Assembly: GCA_964635635.1 (NCBI GenBank)
Contig: CAZWPE010000001.1
Location: 107,774-171,773 of the forward strand
Source: an uncultured Myxococcaceae bacterium
GTDB lineage: Bacteria > Myxococcota > UBA727 > JABDBI01
Reading direction: 5' to 3'
DNA length: 64,000 nucleotides
Shown one piece after another: positions 28,069 through 38,068 of this stretch. The position numbers and the translations under genes were made by a program. The notes below the pieces were generated by a model that did not search any database, had not been told where the DNA came from, and was given only the letters and a program-made list of their open reading frames with translations. How positions within the stretch are numbered: position 1 is the stretch's first letter; the number at the start of each line of letters is the position of its first letter.

Positions 28069-28371
28069 ATGAGGAAGAAAAAACTTTGGACATTATTCGT
28101 TATTCTTACAACTAGCGTTCAGCTGTCTGCAAATACAGGTGATGCATGTCAAAAAAATGCGGATTGTGGATTTGGAGCAGCCTGTGTGAAAGAGTTTCAA
28201 GGCGGGTATTGTGTGAAGTTCGATTGTTCCGCCCGCAATCCCTGCGATGAAGGTTCTAAATGTGTGGACCTTGAGGGCGAAAACTTCACCGTTTGTTTAA
28301 AAACCTGTACCCAACAATCGGATTGTAGAAGTGGCTACCGCTGCTACGAAGAAGGGGTGTGTTTGCTTTAG
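28069..28371 (+). CDS. Small secreted cysteine-rich protein (12 Cys in about 78 mature residues)
   Basis: N-terminal signal peptide (KKKLWTLFVILTTSVQLSA). An even number of cysteines in a knottin/EGF-like spacing. Confidence 0.5.
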   Translation: MRKKKLWTLFVILTTSVQLSANTGDACQKNADCGFGAACVKEFQGGYCVKFDCSARNPCDEGSKCVDLEGENFTVCLKTCTQQSDCRSGYRCYEEGVCLL

Positions 28372-28887
28372 CTACTTGTGCAGTAAAATTCTGTAGATGG
28401 GCAGTCCGTTTTCAAGGCACTTTTTCTCCCGGTGGGATCTGGCGCCAATTGGGTTGTCTTCACAGGGGATTCGCGTGAGTTTTGATTCAAGCAGCTCAGC
28501 ATAGATTTCAAACAGCTGGGGGACGTCTGATTGAAAGAAGAAGAAGGCCCCAGGCTTCATCATGGTGATGAGTTGATCTAAAAAAGCTTCATTTAAGACT
28601 CGGCGTTTGTGGTGTCTGCGTTTCCACCAAGGATCTGGGAAGTTTAGATGAACACCATCCAGCATATTAGGGCCAAACAACTTGGGGACTACTTCCCAGG
28701 CGTTTCCATGGATGGGGGTGACATTATAGATGCCTTCACGGATCATCTTCTTTTCTGCCTGGCGAACCCACTCAGCTTTCCATTCAACCCCAACAATTTG
28801 GCGGTTGGGGACCTGCGCGGCGCGCTCAAAGAGATAATGGGCACGGCCCATGCCGATTTCTAATTCGATGGGGGTATTTGCTAACAT
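28372..28887 (-). CDS. trmB: tRNA (guanine46-N7)-methyltransferase
   Basis: ELEIGMGRA, NFPDPWWKRRHHKRR. Confidence 0.85.
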   Translation of the reverse strand: MLANTPIELEIGMGRAHYLFERAAQVPNRQIVGVEWKAEWVRQAEKKMIREGIYNVTPIHGNAWEVVPKLFGPNMLDGVHLNFPDPWWKRRHHKRRVLNEAFLDQLITMMKPGAFFFFQSDVPQLFEIYAELLESKLTRIPCEDNPIGARSHREKKCLENGLPIYRILLHK

Positions 28888-28912
28888 TTAGGTCTCATGC
28901 CATAAAACACGC

Positions 28913-29374
28913 ATGAGCACTTTACAAGAACGGATCGGAAACGATTGGAAAGAAGCCATGAAAGCCAGGGATCCTAAGAAAGATATCTTGGCCCTCATGA
29001 AGACCGAAATTAAAAACAAAGCCATTAACACGCGCAGTGAAGGCGGCGGAAGCACGGATCTAAGCGACAGCGCAGCGATGGATGTTCTGGTCAAAATGGC
29101 TAAGCAACGCAAAGAATCCATCGAGTCCTTCAAGGCGGGTGGTCGTCAGGATTTGGCAGACAAAGAAGCATTTGAATTGGCAACGATTGAGGCCTATTTG
29201 CCTAAAGCATTGGGTGACGATGAGCTGGAGGCTTTGGTTCGTTCAGAAGCTGCTGCCATGGGTGCTGAAGGCATGAAAGACATGGGCCGCTTGATGAAAG
29301 CCGTATTAGCCAAGGCTGCTGGTGCTGCTGACGGTAACCGTGTTCAAGTATTTGTTAAAAAAGTATTAGGGTAA
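28913..29374 (+). CDS. yqeY: GatB/YqeY domain protein
   Basis: YqeY family N-terminus (MSTLQERIGNDWKEAMKARD) and C-terminal GatB_Yqey domain. Position immediately upstream of dnaG-rpoD. Confidence 0.8.
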   Translation: MSTLQERIGNDWKEAMKARDPKKDILALMKTEIKNKAINTRSEGGGSTDLSDSAAMDVLVKMAKQRKESIESFKAGGRQDLADKEAFELATIEAYLPKALGDDELEALVRSEAAAMGAEGMKDMGRLMKAVLAKAAGAADGNRVQVFVKKVLG

Positions 29375-29403
29375 TTTAAACCTACGCGAGGCAATGGCCC
29401 TCT

Positions 29404-29452
29404 CCACGAGTGGAGAGGGTGCTGAGCGTAGCGAAGCGGGTGAGGGATGAAA
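29404..29452. repeat. Family-1 palindromic element copy, intergenic upstream of dnaG
   Basis: CCCTCTCCAC-ga-GTGGAGAGGG followed by a ..GGGTGAGGG tail. Confidence 0.7.
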
Positions 29453-31060
29453 CTCGAAGACGCGATTCAGGAAATTAAACGTCGAACCGACTTGGCTCAG
29501 GTTATTGGCCAAACGGTTAAATTGACGCGGCATGGGTCCCACTATGTGGGCCTGTGTCCATTTCATTCTGAAAAATCGCCGTCTTTTAATGTCACACCGA
29601 GTAAAGGTTTTTTTAAGTGTTTTGGCTGCGGCGCTGGCGGGGACGTTTTTACCTTTTTGGAAAAAACAACTGGCCAGCTGTTTATGGACATTGTCAAACG
29701 CTTGGCTGCTGATTTGAATATTGAAATCGATCAAAGTTTTAAGCCGCGAGTTGCGCCCAAAGTTTTCGAACAAATTGCGGGTTCTCAAGCGGCTTACAAA
29801 CGTGGACTTACCGATGCTTCATGGGCGTACTTAACGAAAGAACGTAAATATACGCCGGAATTAATTGAACGCATGGGCCTTGGATTCGGCGGCGACCAGC
29901 CAGGTTTGTTTCAGGGACGTATTACGATTCCAATCAAAGACCACCGAGGTCAAGTCGTTGGTTTTGGGGGCCGATGGCTGGGTGAATGTCCGCCAGGTAA
30001 ACCAAAATATGTCAACAGCCAAGCCAGTGAGGCTTATGATAAAAGCCGTATTCTTTATGGTCTGTTCGATTCGCTACCGCTGATTAAGAAGCAAGATCGC
30101 GTGGTTTTAGTTGAAGGCTATTTTGATGTGATGGCGCTGTTGGCTGTCGGTGTTCCAGCCGTTGCGCCTTGTGGTACCAGCTTGACGGAGTCCCATGTCG
30201 AACTGATTCAAAAATACACCCAGAAAGTTGTCTTATGTTTTGATCAAGATGCTGCCGGTCAAAAGGCTCATGAAAAAGCCCTGATGCTTTTTTTATCTCA
30301 CGGATTTCAGGTTCAAACAGTTCAATTGGCAGAAAAAGATCCAGATTCTCTTTGGCAGCAAGGCAGGCAGAGGGAGCTGGAGGCCCTTTTTGAAAAGCCT
30401 GCAGATGCAATAGAGGCAAGAATCCATAAGGCATTGGCTGATAGTGTAGGGGGAGTTCAACAGCGCATCGCAGCTCTACAGGCGCTATTACCATTTTTAT
30501 CTGCCCACCCGAATCCATTGGTTAACCGGCAATATGTCAGGTTGGCGGCGAAGCTTTTAACTGAAGACGAAGCAATTTTGATGCAAGCCGTTGCGAAGGC
30601 TAAGCCTGGCAGCGTGGCTCGTCCCATAGCTTCTGAATCGGTTGTTGCAGAGCAAGTACGCTGGACGGACGCAGAGAAGCTTTTGCTTAAAAGCATGGTG
30701 GCTTACCCGGATCTTCTCAAAAGCTGGCCTGAGATTTTACAGATGCCTCTGAATCAAGAACTTAGTGCATTTGCTCTAGAGTTGGCATCAAAAGGCTCTG
30801 TACTCGAAGTTCCAGTGGCTCGGGACTCCGTTTTGATTAAACTGCTGATGCCTTTGTTGGCTTCACCCACTCCAATCGATCGCGCAGAAGCCAATGAAAT
30901 ATTCGAAGGATTTGTAGGGCAATTTGAAAAACAAAAACGACAAAACTGGCTTCAACAGCAACAAAATAGGCTCCAGGAGGCCACCAGGCAGGGCGATTTG
31001 GATGCCGTAAAAGAAGTTTTGAAAGAACAAAGCGGGGCTTTAAAAAAGGGCTGGGGTTGA
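29447..31060 (+). CDS. dnaG: DNA primase DnaG
   Basis: Zinc finger CPFHSEKSPSFNV..FKCFGCGAGGDVF; TOPRIM EGYFDV. Confidence 0.9.
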   Translation: MKLEDAIQEIKRRTDLAQVIGQTVKLTRHGSHYVGLCPFHSEKSPSFNVTPSKGFFKCFGCGAGGDVFTFLEKTTGQLFMDIVKRLAADLNIEIDQSFKPRVAPKVFEQIAGSQAAYKRGLTDASWAYLTKERKYTPELIERMGLGFGGDQPGLFQGRITIPIKDHRGQVVGFGGRWLGECPPGKPKYVNSQASEAYDKSRILYGLFDSLPLIKKQDRVVLVEGYFDVMALLAVGVPAVAPCGTSLTESHVELIQKYTQKVVLCFDQDAAGQKAHEKALMLFLSHGFQVQTVQLAEKDPDSLWQQGRQRELEALFEKPADAIEARIHKALADSVGGVQQRIAALQALLPFLSAHPNPLVNRQYVRLAAKLLTEDEAILMQAVAKAKPGSVARPIASESVVAEQVRWTDAEKLLLKSMVAYPDLLKSWPEILQMPLNQELSAFALELASKGSVLEVPVARDSVLIKLLMPLLASPTPIDRAEANEIFEGFVGQFEKQKRQNWLQQQQNRLQEATRQGDLDAVKEVLKEQSGALKKGWG

Positions 31061-31129
31061 AGACTTTGATAGATCAGATATGGAACGTTTTCGCGCGCGA
31101 AAACATCCAATGAGCTTGAAGGCTTTCTT

Positions 31130-33016
31130 ATGACACGTATGACTGATAAAAATCAATCTGAAATTGATCTGGACCTGGACCTTGATGATGCCGATTTGCA
31201 CGATGAGGACGCCGATCTAGACGCAGATGATTTTGACGTTCCGGTCGCCAAACCGAAAGCCCAAGCAGGCCCTAAGGCCCCTCCTAAACCACTTCACGAA
31301 CGTCGGGAAGTGATCCGTCTTGTAAACCGCGGTCGTGATCGCGGTTCTCTATCTATAGATGAGATTAATGATGCCTTGGCGCATGATATTGCCAAGATGG
31401 ACGAACTTGAAAATCTCGTCGCTATTTTGCTTGAAGCAGAAATAGAAATCACGGACGATGGCGGGAAGGTTCCAGAAGTTGCTGTTCGTGAAGAAACAGA
31501 AGAATTTGCAGCAGAAGCAGAATCTGAAACGGTTGAGGCCGGTGAGTTCGCCAAAGGTAGCGATCCTGTTAGACTGTATTTGCGCAAGATGGGTGCAGTC
31601 AACCTGCTGACCCGTGAAGGCGAAGTTGAAATTTCCAAACGCATCGAAGAAGGAGAGAACGAGGTTCTTGATGCTGTTTTGAAGACACCTATATGCTTGG
31701 TTGAAATTCTAGACTTGGGTGATCGCCTGAAAAAAGGCAAAATTCGCGTTAAAGAAATCGTTAAAGAGAATGAGCCTGGCGAAGACGGCCAGACCATTGA
31801 ATTCGATGAACCACGTATTACCGAGAGAGCCCTTAAGATAGTCTCTGAACTTGCGGTGCTGCGTAAAAAGCTAACGCCAGTGAACAGTAACCGAGTCGTT
31901 GAGCTTTTGAGAGAGCTTAAAATCAATAAGCGTCAAATTGATCGGGTTGTGCAGCGTATCAAGGTTTTGGTTCGCCGTGTCAATAAAGTTGAATTTGAAC
32001 TTTCAAATATTGAGCGCAGAATGAATCGCGCATCCCATGTGATTTTGGCAGAAATACGTGCCAGCCAAACCGATCCGGCGAAAATGCAAGCACTTGCTAA
32101 AAAATGGTTCCTTTCAGTGGATACCTTGCAAGAGTGGTATCGAACGATCGTGATGGGGGTTCATCGCATTAAGCGCGTTCAAGAAGAAGCATTGGTGGAT
32201 GTAGAGACGTTGAGGGAGGCCTATCGCTATATTCAGAAGGGTGAACGAAAGGCGAATCGTGCGAAAGAGCAATTGGTTGAGGCTAACTTGCGTCTGGTGG
32301 TTTCGATCGCCAAAAAATATACCAATCGTGGGCTGCAGTTCTTGGATTTAATCCAGGAAGGTAATATCGGTCTCATGAAGGCCGTAGACAAGTTTGAGTA
32401 TAAGCGTGGTTACAAGTTTTCAACCTATGCGACTTGGTGGATTCGTCAGGCCATTACCCGTGCGATTGCTGACCAGGCTAGAACCATTCGTATTCCCGTT
32501 CACATGATTGAAACCATTAACAAGTTGGTGCGAACCAGCCGTTATTTGATCCAAGAACTCGGTCGTGAACCTACCCCGGAAGAAATCGCTGAAAAGATGG
32601 AGATGCCCGTCGAAAAAGTCCGCAAGGTACTCAAGATTGCCAAAGAGCCTATTTCGCTTGAAACTCCCATTGGGGATGAAGATGATGGCGGAAGTTCGCT
32701 GGGTGACTTTATTGAAGACAAGTCAGCTGTAAATCCATCTAATGCAGTCATGCTCATGAATTTGAGTGAACAAACGCGCAAAGTTTTGGCGACTTTGACT
32801 CCGCGTGAAGAGAAAGTTTTGCGTATGCGCTTTGGAATTGGCGAGCGTTCAGACCACACTCTTGAAGAAGTGGGTCAGGATTTTGAAGTCACCCGTGAGC
32901 GTATTCGTCAGATTGAAGCTAAAGCTTTGCGTAAGCTCAGGCACCCCTCTCGTTCTAAGAAGCTGTTTGCTTTTTCGGACCCAACTGAAGTACAAATTCA
33001 GAAGAATCAGCAGTAA
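31130..33016 (+). CDS. rpoD: RNA polymerase sigma-70 factor RpoD
   Basis: Acidic region 1.1; conserved regions 2-4 ([64 protein letters not shown]). Confidence 0.95.
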   Translation: MTRMTDKNQSEIDLDLDLDDADLHDEDADLDADDFDVPVAKPKAQAGPKAPPKPLHERREVIRLVNRGRDRGSLSIDEINDALAHDIAKMDELENLVAILLEAEIEITDDGGKVPEVAVREETEEFAAEAESETVEAGEFAKGSDPVRLYLRKMGAVNLLTREGEVEISKRIEEGENEVLDAVLKTPICLVEILDLGDRLKKGKIRVKEIVKENEPGEDGQTIEFDEPRITERALKIVSELAVLRKKLTPVNSNRVVELLRELKINKRQIDRVVQRIKVLVRRVNKVEFELSNIERRMNRASHVILAEIRASQTDPAKMQALAKKWFLSVDTLQEWYRTIVMGVHRIKRVQEEALVDVETLREAYRYIQKGERKANRAKEQLVEANLRLVVSIAKKYTNRGLQFLDLIQEGNIGLMKAVDKFEYKRGYKFSTYATWWIRQAITRAIADQARTIRIPVHMIETINKLVRTSRYLIQELGREPTPEEIAEKMEMPVEKVRKVLKIAKEPISLETPIGDEDDGGSSLGDFIEDKSAVNPSNAVMLMNLSEQTRKVLATLTPREEKVLRMRFGIGERSDHTLEEVGQDFEVTRERIRQIEAKALRKLRHPSRSKKLFAFSDPTEVQIQKNQQ

Positions 33017-33030
33017 AAAGGGAGTGGCCC

Positions 33031-34053
33031 ATGATTATTTTGTTTGGCGGTGAAAGCAAAGAACGCTTGGTGTCAGTTGCAACCGCCCAAAATATGAGCG
33101 CCGCTTTGTCTGAAGCTTTATGCTGGTTTTGGTCTCCAGATGATGCGGTTTATCAGGTTACGCGCGAAGAGCTTACAGCTCATCAAAATCCATTTCAAAC
33201 AGAGTTTAAGCCTACTGGGCAGCCGCTGGCTAAGCATATTCAAGATGCGCTTGATTTGCCTGTGGCCAAAGAACATGTCTTTGTTTTAGGAACCCATGGT
33301 GGCCGCGGCGAAGATGGCACCCTGCAAGGCTGGCTTGAAAAACGCGGCATTGCGCATACCGGGCCAGACTCGAAGGCTTGTCATGTTGCCATGGATAAAG
33401 CTGCGGCCAAAAAGGTTTTGGCGGAGCGTCATATTCGAGTTGTCGAAAGCTTTCTCGTGCACGCTAAAGATTTCCAAGGTGCCCGGGATGCTTTCCATAA
33501 AGCTTTGAAAACTTACCCGAAGCTGATTCTTAAGCCTAATTCAGAAGGCTCTAGCGTTGGGATCATGTTGGTGACTGAAGAGAACCGTGAAGCAGCACTG
33601 AAAGAGATTCATGAGCATCCAGGGCGCATGTATTTGCTGGAGCCCTTCATAGAGGGTATTGAGTTGACGGTTGGCGTTGTAGATGGTCCTGGAGGTCCTA
33701 GAGCGCTTGTCCCGACTGAAATGCGGGGGCAGGGTGGGCCTGCGGATTATAATGGAAAGTATTTAGGTCATGGATTGTCTGAGATAACCCCAGCAGAAGT
33801 CCCGGAAAATGTGACACAAGCTGCTCAACGTTTGGCTTTGGCTGCACATGAGTCTTTAGAATGTGAGGGTTATTCTAGAACGGACATGATGGTCGATGAA
33901 CAAGGCCCTGTTTTTCTGGAAACCAATACTTTGCCTGGTATGACGAAGGCATCGTTGATCCCTCAGGCTTTGGCTTATGAAGGGGTGAGTATTCGAACAT
34001 TTTTGCTAGGCCAAGTGGAGATTGCACGTGAAAGACTTAATCGACACGTATAA
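33031..34053 (+). CDS. ddl: D-alanine--D-alanine ligase
   Basis: ATP-grasp fold; HGGRGEDGTLQGWLE, ILKPNSEGSSVGI, MTKASL. Confidence 0.8.
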   Translation: MIILFGGESKERLVSVATAQNMSAALSEALCWFWSPDDAVYQVTREELTAHQNPFQTEFKPTGQPLAKHIQDALDLPVAKEHVFVLGTHGGRGEDGTLQGWLEKRGIAHTGPDSKACHVAMDKAAAKKVLAERHIRVVESFLVHAKDFQGARDAFHKALKTYPKLILKPNSEGSSVGIMLVTEENREAALKEIHEHPGRMYLLEPFIEGIELTVGVVDGPGGPRALVPTEMRGQGGPADYNGKYLGHGLSEITPAEVPENVTQAAQRLALAAHESLECEGYSRTDMMVDEQGPVFLETNTLPGMTKASLIPQALAYEGVSIRTFLLGQVEIARERLNRHV

Positions 34054-34060
34054 AGAAGTG

Positions 34061-34513
34061 ATGTCTTATTGGCCATCAGGCGTGGCAATATTAACTTCGT
34101 CACATGAAGGTCATGATTATGGAATGACGGTTAGCTCTTTTACGAGTGTCAGCCTGCATCCAGCCATGATTTCGGTCTGTGTGGATAAGCGTTCACAAAT
34201 GAGTTTTTTGCTTGAGAAGTCTAAGCATTTTGCCGTGAATTTACTTGCGGATACACAGGTAGATTTGGGAAAGGCTTTTGCTAGTCATGAGCTCAGCATG
34301 GCCCAACGTTTTGAACAAGCTGAATTTGCTAAGAGTGAAACGTTAAGTCCTGTACTGAAGCACTGTTTGGGCTGGTTAGATTGCCGTTTAAGCAGTCTTC
34401 ATGACACGGGTGATCACTTGATTTATGTTGGTGAAGTTGTGAAAGGTCACGCGTTTGGAGAAGGCTCACCCACGATTTTCTACCGCCGCGGGTGGCATGG
34501 GTTGGCAAGTTAG
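34061..34513 (+). CDS. Flavin reductase-like (FMN-binding split-barrel) domain protein
   Basis: WPSGVAILTSSHEGHDYGMTVSSFTSVSLHPAMISVCV matches the flavin reductase family. The ORF opens at 34022; the ATG after the ddl stop is preferred. Confidence 0.7.
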   Translation: MSYWPSGVAILTSSHEGHDYGMTVSSFTSVSLHPAMISVCVDKRSQMSFLLEKSKHFAVNLLADTQVDLGKAFASHELSMAQRFEQAEFAKSETLSPVLKHCLGWLDCRLSSLHDTGDHLIYVGEVVKGHAFGEGSPTIFYRRGWHGLAS

Positions 34514-34515
34514 AT

Positions 34516-35127
34516 TTACTGTGCGACCGTAATGCCCTCGAGCTGTTTATCCTCACGATACTTATCTGCAGCTTCTCGGCTTTCAAAGCCGTGGATTCGG
34601 ACTCTGAAGACACTGCCTTTGCCTGGTAAATTAGCTTGAACGAGTCGGGCTTGGTGTCCTTTTTTCTTGAGCCCCAGGACCATGGCTTCTGCCTTGATGC
34701 GGTCGGGCAGTGAGGCCACTTGAATCGCATATTTTGAACCTGTTCCGGAGGGCAGGGCATCTTTAATCGCAGTTTGTACAGAAGCAGGTGTTTCATTGCC
34801 CAGCACATTGGCCAGAGCTTTTGCCATACGGTCTGGGGAAGCTTTATTGTCAGAGGTGATGGGAGCAGGGGTGTTTGCTTCTGCTACCTTGGTAGTTTGC
34901 CCAGGCGTTTCTTCTGGGACTTCATGGATTTCATTCGCCGGCTTGCGCAATAGCTCACTGTAATAGCTGTACTTCAGCTGATCTTGAACAGCTTTGAGCT
35001 TCTCAATTTTTTGGGTTGGGGTCGGTTCTTTGAGTACGATTGCAGCAGGAGCAGTCAATCTGCCGATCACAAACATGAGACCAATTGCACTGCCAATTCC
35101 TAAGGTGATTAGAATATTTTTAGTCAT
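34516..35127 (-). CDS. SPOR-domain (peptidoglycan-binding) membrane protein
   Basis: N-terminal TM helix and C-terminal SPOR fold (YAIQVASLPDRIKAEAMVLGLKKKGHQARLV..FRVRIHGFESREAAD). Confidence 0.7.
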   Translation of the reverse strand: MTKNILITLGIGSAIGLMFVIGRLTAPAAIVLKEPTPTQKIEKLKAVQDQLKYSYYSELLRKPANEIHEVPEETPGQTTKVAEANTPAPITSDNKASPDRMAKALANVLGNETPASVQTAIKDALPSGTGSKYAIQVASLPDRIKAEAMVLGLKKKGHQARLVQANLPGKGSVFRVRIHGFESREAADKYREDKQLEGITVAQ

Positions 35128-36844
35128 GTTGCATTGACTCCGGTGCAGAAATTCCAAGCAATGTCAGAGCATTGTGTAGGACTTGCTTCATGGCAGTCAC
35201 AAGGCCCAATCTCGCCTGGGTAAGTTCTAAATTATCTGAGATGATTTTTTCGCTGTGGCGATATTTGGTAAAATAACCATGAAACTCAGCGATTAAGTCT
35301 TGTGCAAAGAAAAGCACACGATGAGGCTCCAGCGTTTTGGCTGAACTGGCGATTATGTCTGGGTATGCAGCCATCTTTTTGAGCATGTTACGCTCTTCAG
35401 GTAGGGTTAAGAGGCTGGACCCCGGCTTAAGGACCGGGGTGACAGAGTCGGCCTTTCTTAAAATGGTCGCCATACGGGCGTGACCATATTGCAAATAGAA
35501 CACAGGATTATCGCTGCTTTCTTTGAGCGCTAGATCCAAGTCAAACTCAAACTGAGTGCCAGCTGCACGCATGAGGAAAATAACCCGTGCTACATCAGGA
35601 CCCACGTCTTTCAAGAATTCGCGAAGTTCAATGATTTGGCCTGAACGCTTTGAAAATCGAACTTCAGCGCCATCTTTAAGCAGTTTGACAATTTGAACCA
35701 AGACAAACTCAAGCTTGTCATCATTTAAACCAAGCGCTCGCAAACAGGCACGCATCCTAGGGATATGCCCCCCATGGTCGGCACCCATGACGTTGATGAT
35801 TCTATCATAGCCGCGTTCAAACTTTTCTTTATGATATGCGATATCGGCCGTAAGGTAGACTGGAGTACCGTTTTTACGAAGAATGATTCTATCTTCTTCA
35901 TCGCCGAATTGGCTTGTTTTAAGGAAGGTCCCACCTTCTTGAGCATGCGCGTATTGAGCAGCCTTGCTTTCCTCGCGGCGAACTTTGTTTTCGGTGCCGT
36001 GAGCTTGCTGGGCCTCATAAAGCATTCCTCGTTCTTGATAAGCTTTGATAAGTTCTTCGATAGCGCCTTTATCGTGCAGTGATTGTTCCGAGTACCAGGA
36101 GTCGAAATTAATGTTGACTTCATGCAATGTTGACCGGATGTCTGCAAGATTTTCACGAATACCGATTTCAATACACCTGGGTAAGTAATCTTCGCGTGAA
36201 AGCCATTTATCACCATCTTCGGTCTTTAATGCTTCAGCGATTTTGATGATGTATTCGCCAGGATAGGCGTCTTTAGCAAGCTCAGATTTCTGCCCAAAGA
36301 GCTCACAATAACGAGCAAAAATACTTTTACCTAATGTGTGAACTTGGTTGCCAGCATCGTTAATATAGTACTCTTTTGTGACATCAAAGCCTGCTGCACC
36401 TAAAACTCGGGAGATAGCATCACCTAAAAATGCTGATCGTGCATGGCCAATGTGCAGGGGACCTGTTGGGTTTGTCGAAACGAATTCAACCAAAACGCGC
36501 TGATTGTTCGCAGCGTGTTTCCCGTAAGCTTCACCTTGTGAGATGATTTCTGGGATGATGGCTTCTAAGGCCTTATTTGAAACACGCAGATTGATGAATC
36601 CAGGCCCTGCAATTTCGGCTTTTTCAATCAGTCCTGCTGGGTCTTTGAGGTTATCAATAATTTTCTGAGCGACCTGCCGCGGAGGCTCACCCGCAAGTTT
36701 GGTGCTGACCATGGCAATGTTGGTGGCATAGTCCCCATGTTCAGGATTTTTGGGGAGCTCGACGGTGAAATTTGGAGTTCCAATGTTTGGCCAGAGAATA
36801 GCCAGAGTGTCTCCCAATACTTGTCGGATCGCAGATTCTATCAT
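35120..36844 (-). CDS. argS: Arginine--tRNA ligase
   Basis: Class I HIGH (PTGPLHIGHARS); anticodon-binding C-terminus. Confidence 0.9.
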   Translation of the reverse strand: MIESAIRQVLGDTLAILWPNIGTPNFTVELPKNPEHGDYATNIAMVSTKLAGEPPRQVAQKIIDNLKDPAGLIEKAEIAGPGFINLRVSNKALEAIIPEIISQGEAYGKHAANNQRVLVEFVSTNPTGPLHIGHARSAFLGDAISRVLGAAGFDVTKEYYINDAGNQVHTLGKSIFARYCELFGQKSELAKDAYPGEYIIKIAEALKTEDGDKWLSREDYLPRCIEIGIRENLADIRSTLHEVNINFDSWYSEQSLHDKGAIEELIKAYQERGMLYEAQQAHGTENKVRREESKAAQYAHAQEGGTFLKTSQFGDEEDRIILRKNGTPVYLTADIAYHKEKFERGYDRIINVMGADHGGHIPRMRACLRALGLNDDKLEFVLVQIVKLLKDGAEVRFSKRSGQIIELREFLKDVGPDVARVIFLMRAAGTQFEFDLDLALKESSDNPVFYLQYGHARMATILRKADSVTPVLKPGSSLLTLPEERNMLKKMAAYPDIIASSAKTLEPHRVLFFAQDLIAEFHGYFTKYRHSEKIISDNLELTQARLGLVTAMKQVLHNALTLLGISAPESMQHD

Positions 36845-36901
36845 ATCTGTCAGGACATACAGATTTGCTCTTAAAAACGCTAGTACTCTCGCAGGAGTTC
36901 T

Positions 36902-37966
36902 TTACGGATTCAGGCATTCAGTTAAAACAAAATTATTGCTGTAAATATAACAAACTGTCTGTTCCTGAACCAATTTGGGGGTTTGACTTCGAAGAAAATA
37001 ACTAGGTAAAAAATGATAAAATGCTGCTTTTATGTCAGCACCAGAAAAATCCAATTTCAAAGAAAAAACTGATGTAAGACCCTTTGGGGCAAATACTTTT
37101 CTGCCCGGAACTGCCTTAGCAAATGCTTGAGCGACGTTGGCCCACAGGGATAAGTTTTCCACAGACCCTGTTAGGCAGCTTTGGAGAATAATTGATGCGT
37201 TAGAATCAAGATAACGATCCAGCTCTAGTGGTTTTATGTCAAAATCTAATGATAAAACGTTGCTTGAACCCATCTGAATCCTAGTTGGTGCACCGTGACC
37301 AGCAATTATTAAACTTTTGATGGGAAGTTCGCATGAGTCATACAAATTTTTCAGTCCAATGCTCAAATCATTCCTCGAGTTCAGCCGTATAAAATAGACA
37401 GGATATGTGTCTCCGATTTCAGCAAGTAAGTAAGAAAGCTGTGTATTGAAAGCCCCATTCCAGTCTTCGTTTGACAACGCAATTGCAATAATACCTTTGT
37501 GTTGACTAGAACAACCCGTAATAAATTCTTTCGGAAATTTCTCTTGAGACTTCCAACTAAACCTAGCAAACATATCAAGTATGCTTGCTGTGCCCATGGT
37601 TAAACTAAGGACATTAATAGATTTTCTGGATACATAAGGTGTAAGCCAGGCATCAGGAAGTGGCCAGAGACTGGATAGACCGAATAACTGCGAAAAAACT
37701 GAGGGAAGTATTCCTGCAAGTGTGGTGATTGCTAAAGTGTAATGATAATCAAGATTATATCTAATGTTTTTCCAGGCACTATCATTCTCTAAATCTGGAT
37801 TAAATTTGAGAGATTCTATTGGTTGAGGCGATTTCCAAAGATTGTCATCAACAGCTTTTTGAACCTCAAGTTCAAAGGGAGTCTCGGGATTTAGATTCTC
37901 AGTTTGAGCTGTCCAGCAAACAAAAATCGCCAAAATAAAATATATATTTTTGATATTAAAATTCAT
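36902..37966 (-). CDS. Secreted hypothetical protein with a caspase/CHAT/C80-like His..Cys dyad (putative clan CD cysteine peptidase)
   Basis: Signal peptide. LIIAGHGAP followed about 42 residues later by IILQSCLTGS, the spacing and context typical of clan CD catalytic His/Cys. Confidence 0.5.
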   Translation of the reverse strand: MNFNIKNIYFILAIFVCWTAQTENLNPETPFELEVQKAVDDNLWKSPQPIESLKFNPDLENDSAWKNIRYNLDYHYTLAITTLAGILPSVFSQLFGLSSLWPLPDAWLTPYVSRKSINVLSLTMGTASILDMFARFSWKSQEKFPKEFITGCSSQHKGIIAIALSNEDWNGAFNTQLSYLLAEIGDTYPVYFIRLNSRNDLSIGLKNLYDSCELPIKSLIIAGHGAPTRIQMGSSNVLSLDFDIKPLELDRYLDSNASIILQSCLTGSVENLSLWANVAQAFAKAVPGRKVFAPKGLTSVFSLKLDFSGADIKAAFYHFLPSYFLRSQTPKLVQEQTVCYIYSNNFVLTECLNP

Positions 37967-38068
37967 TTGTTTGAATATATGTAAAAATAAAATTTTGTCA
38001 ACCCGGGGGGCCTTAAGGCAAAATTCTCACTCAAATAGTCAAATTTAGCACTCTTTATATCCAAAGAC

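Noticed and set aside
31294-31926. 210-aa Ser-rich ORF antisense to rpoD
   Set aside because: Overlaps the conserved sigma-70 gene and its low-complexity Ser/Thr-rich translation is typical of a reverse-complement GAA/GAG-rich region.
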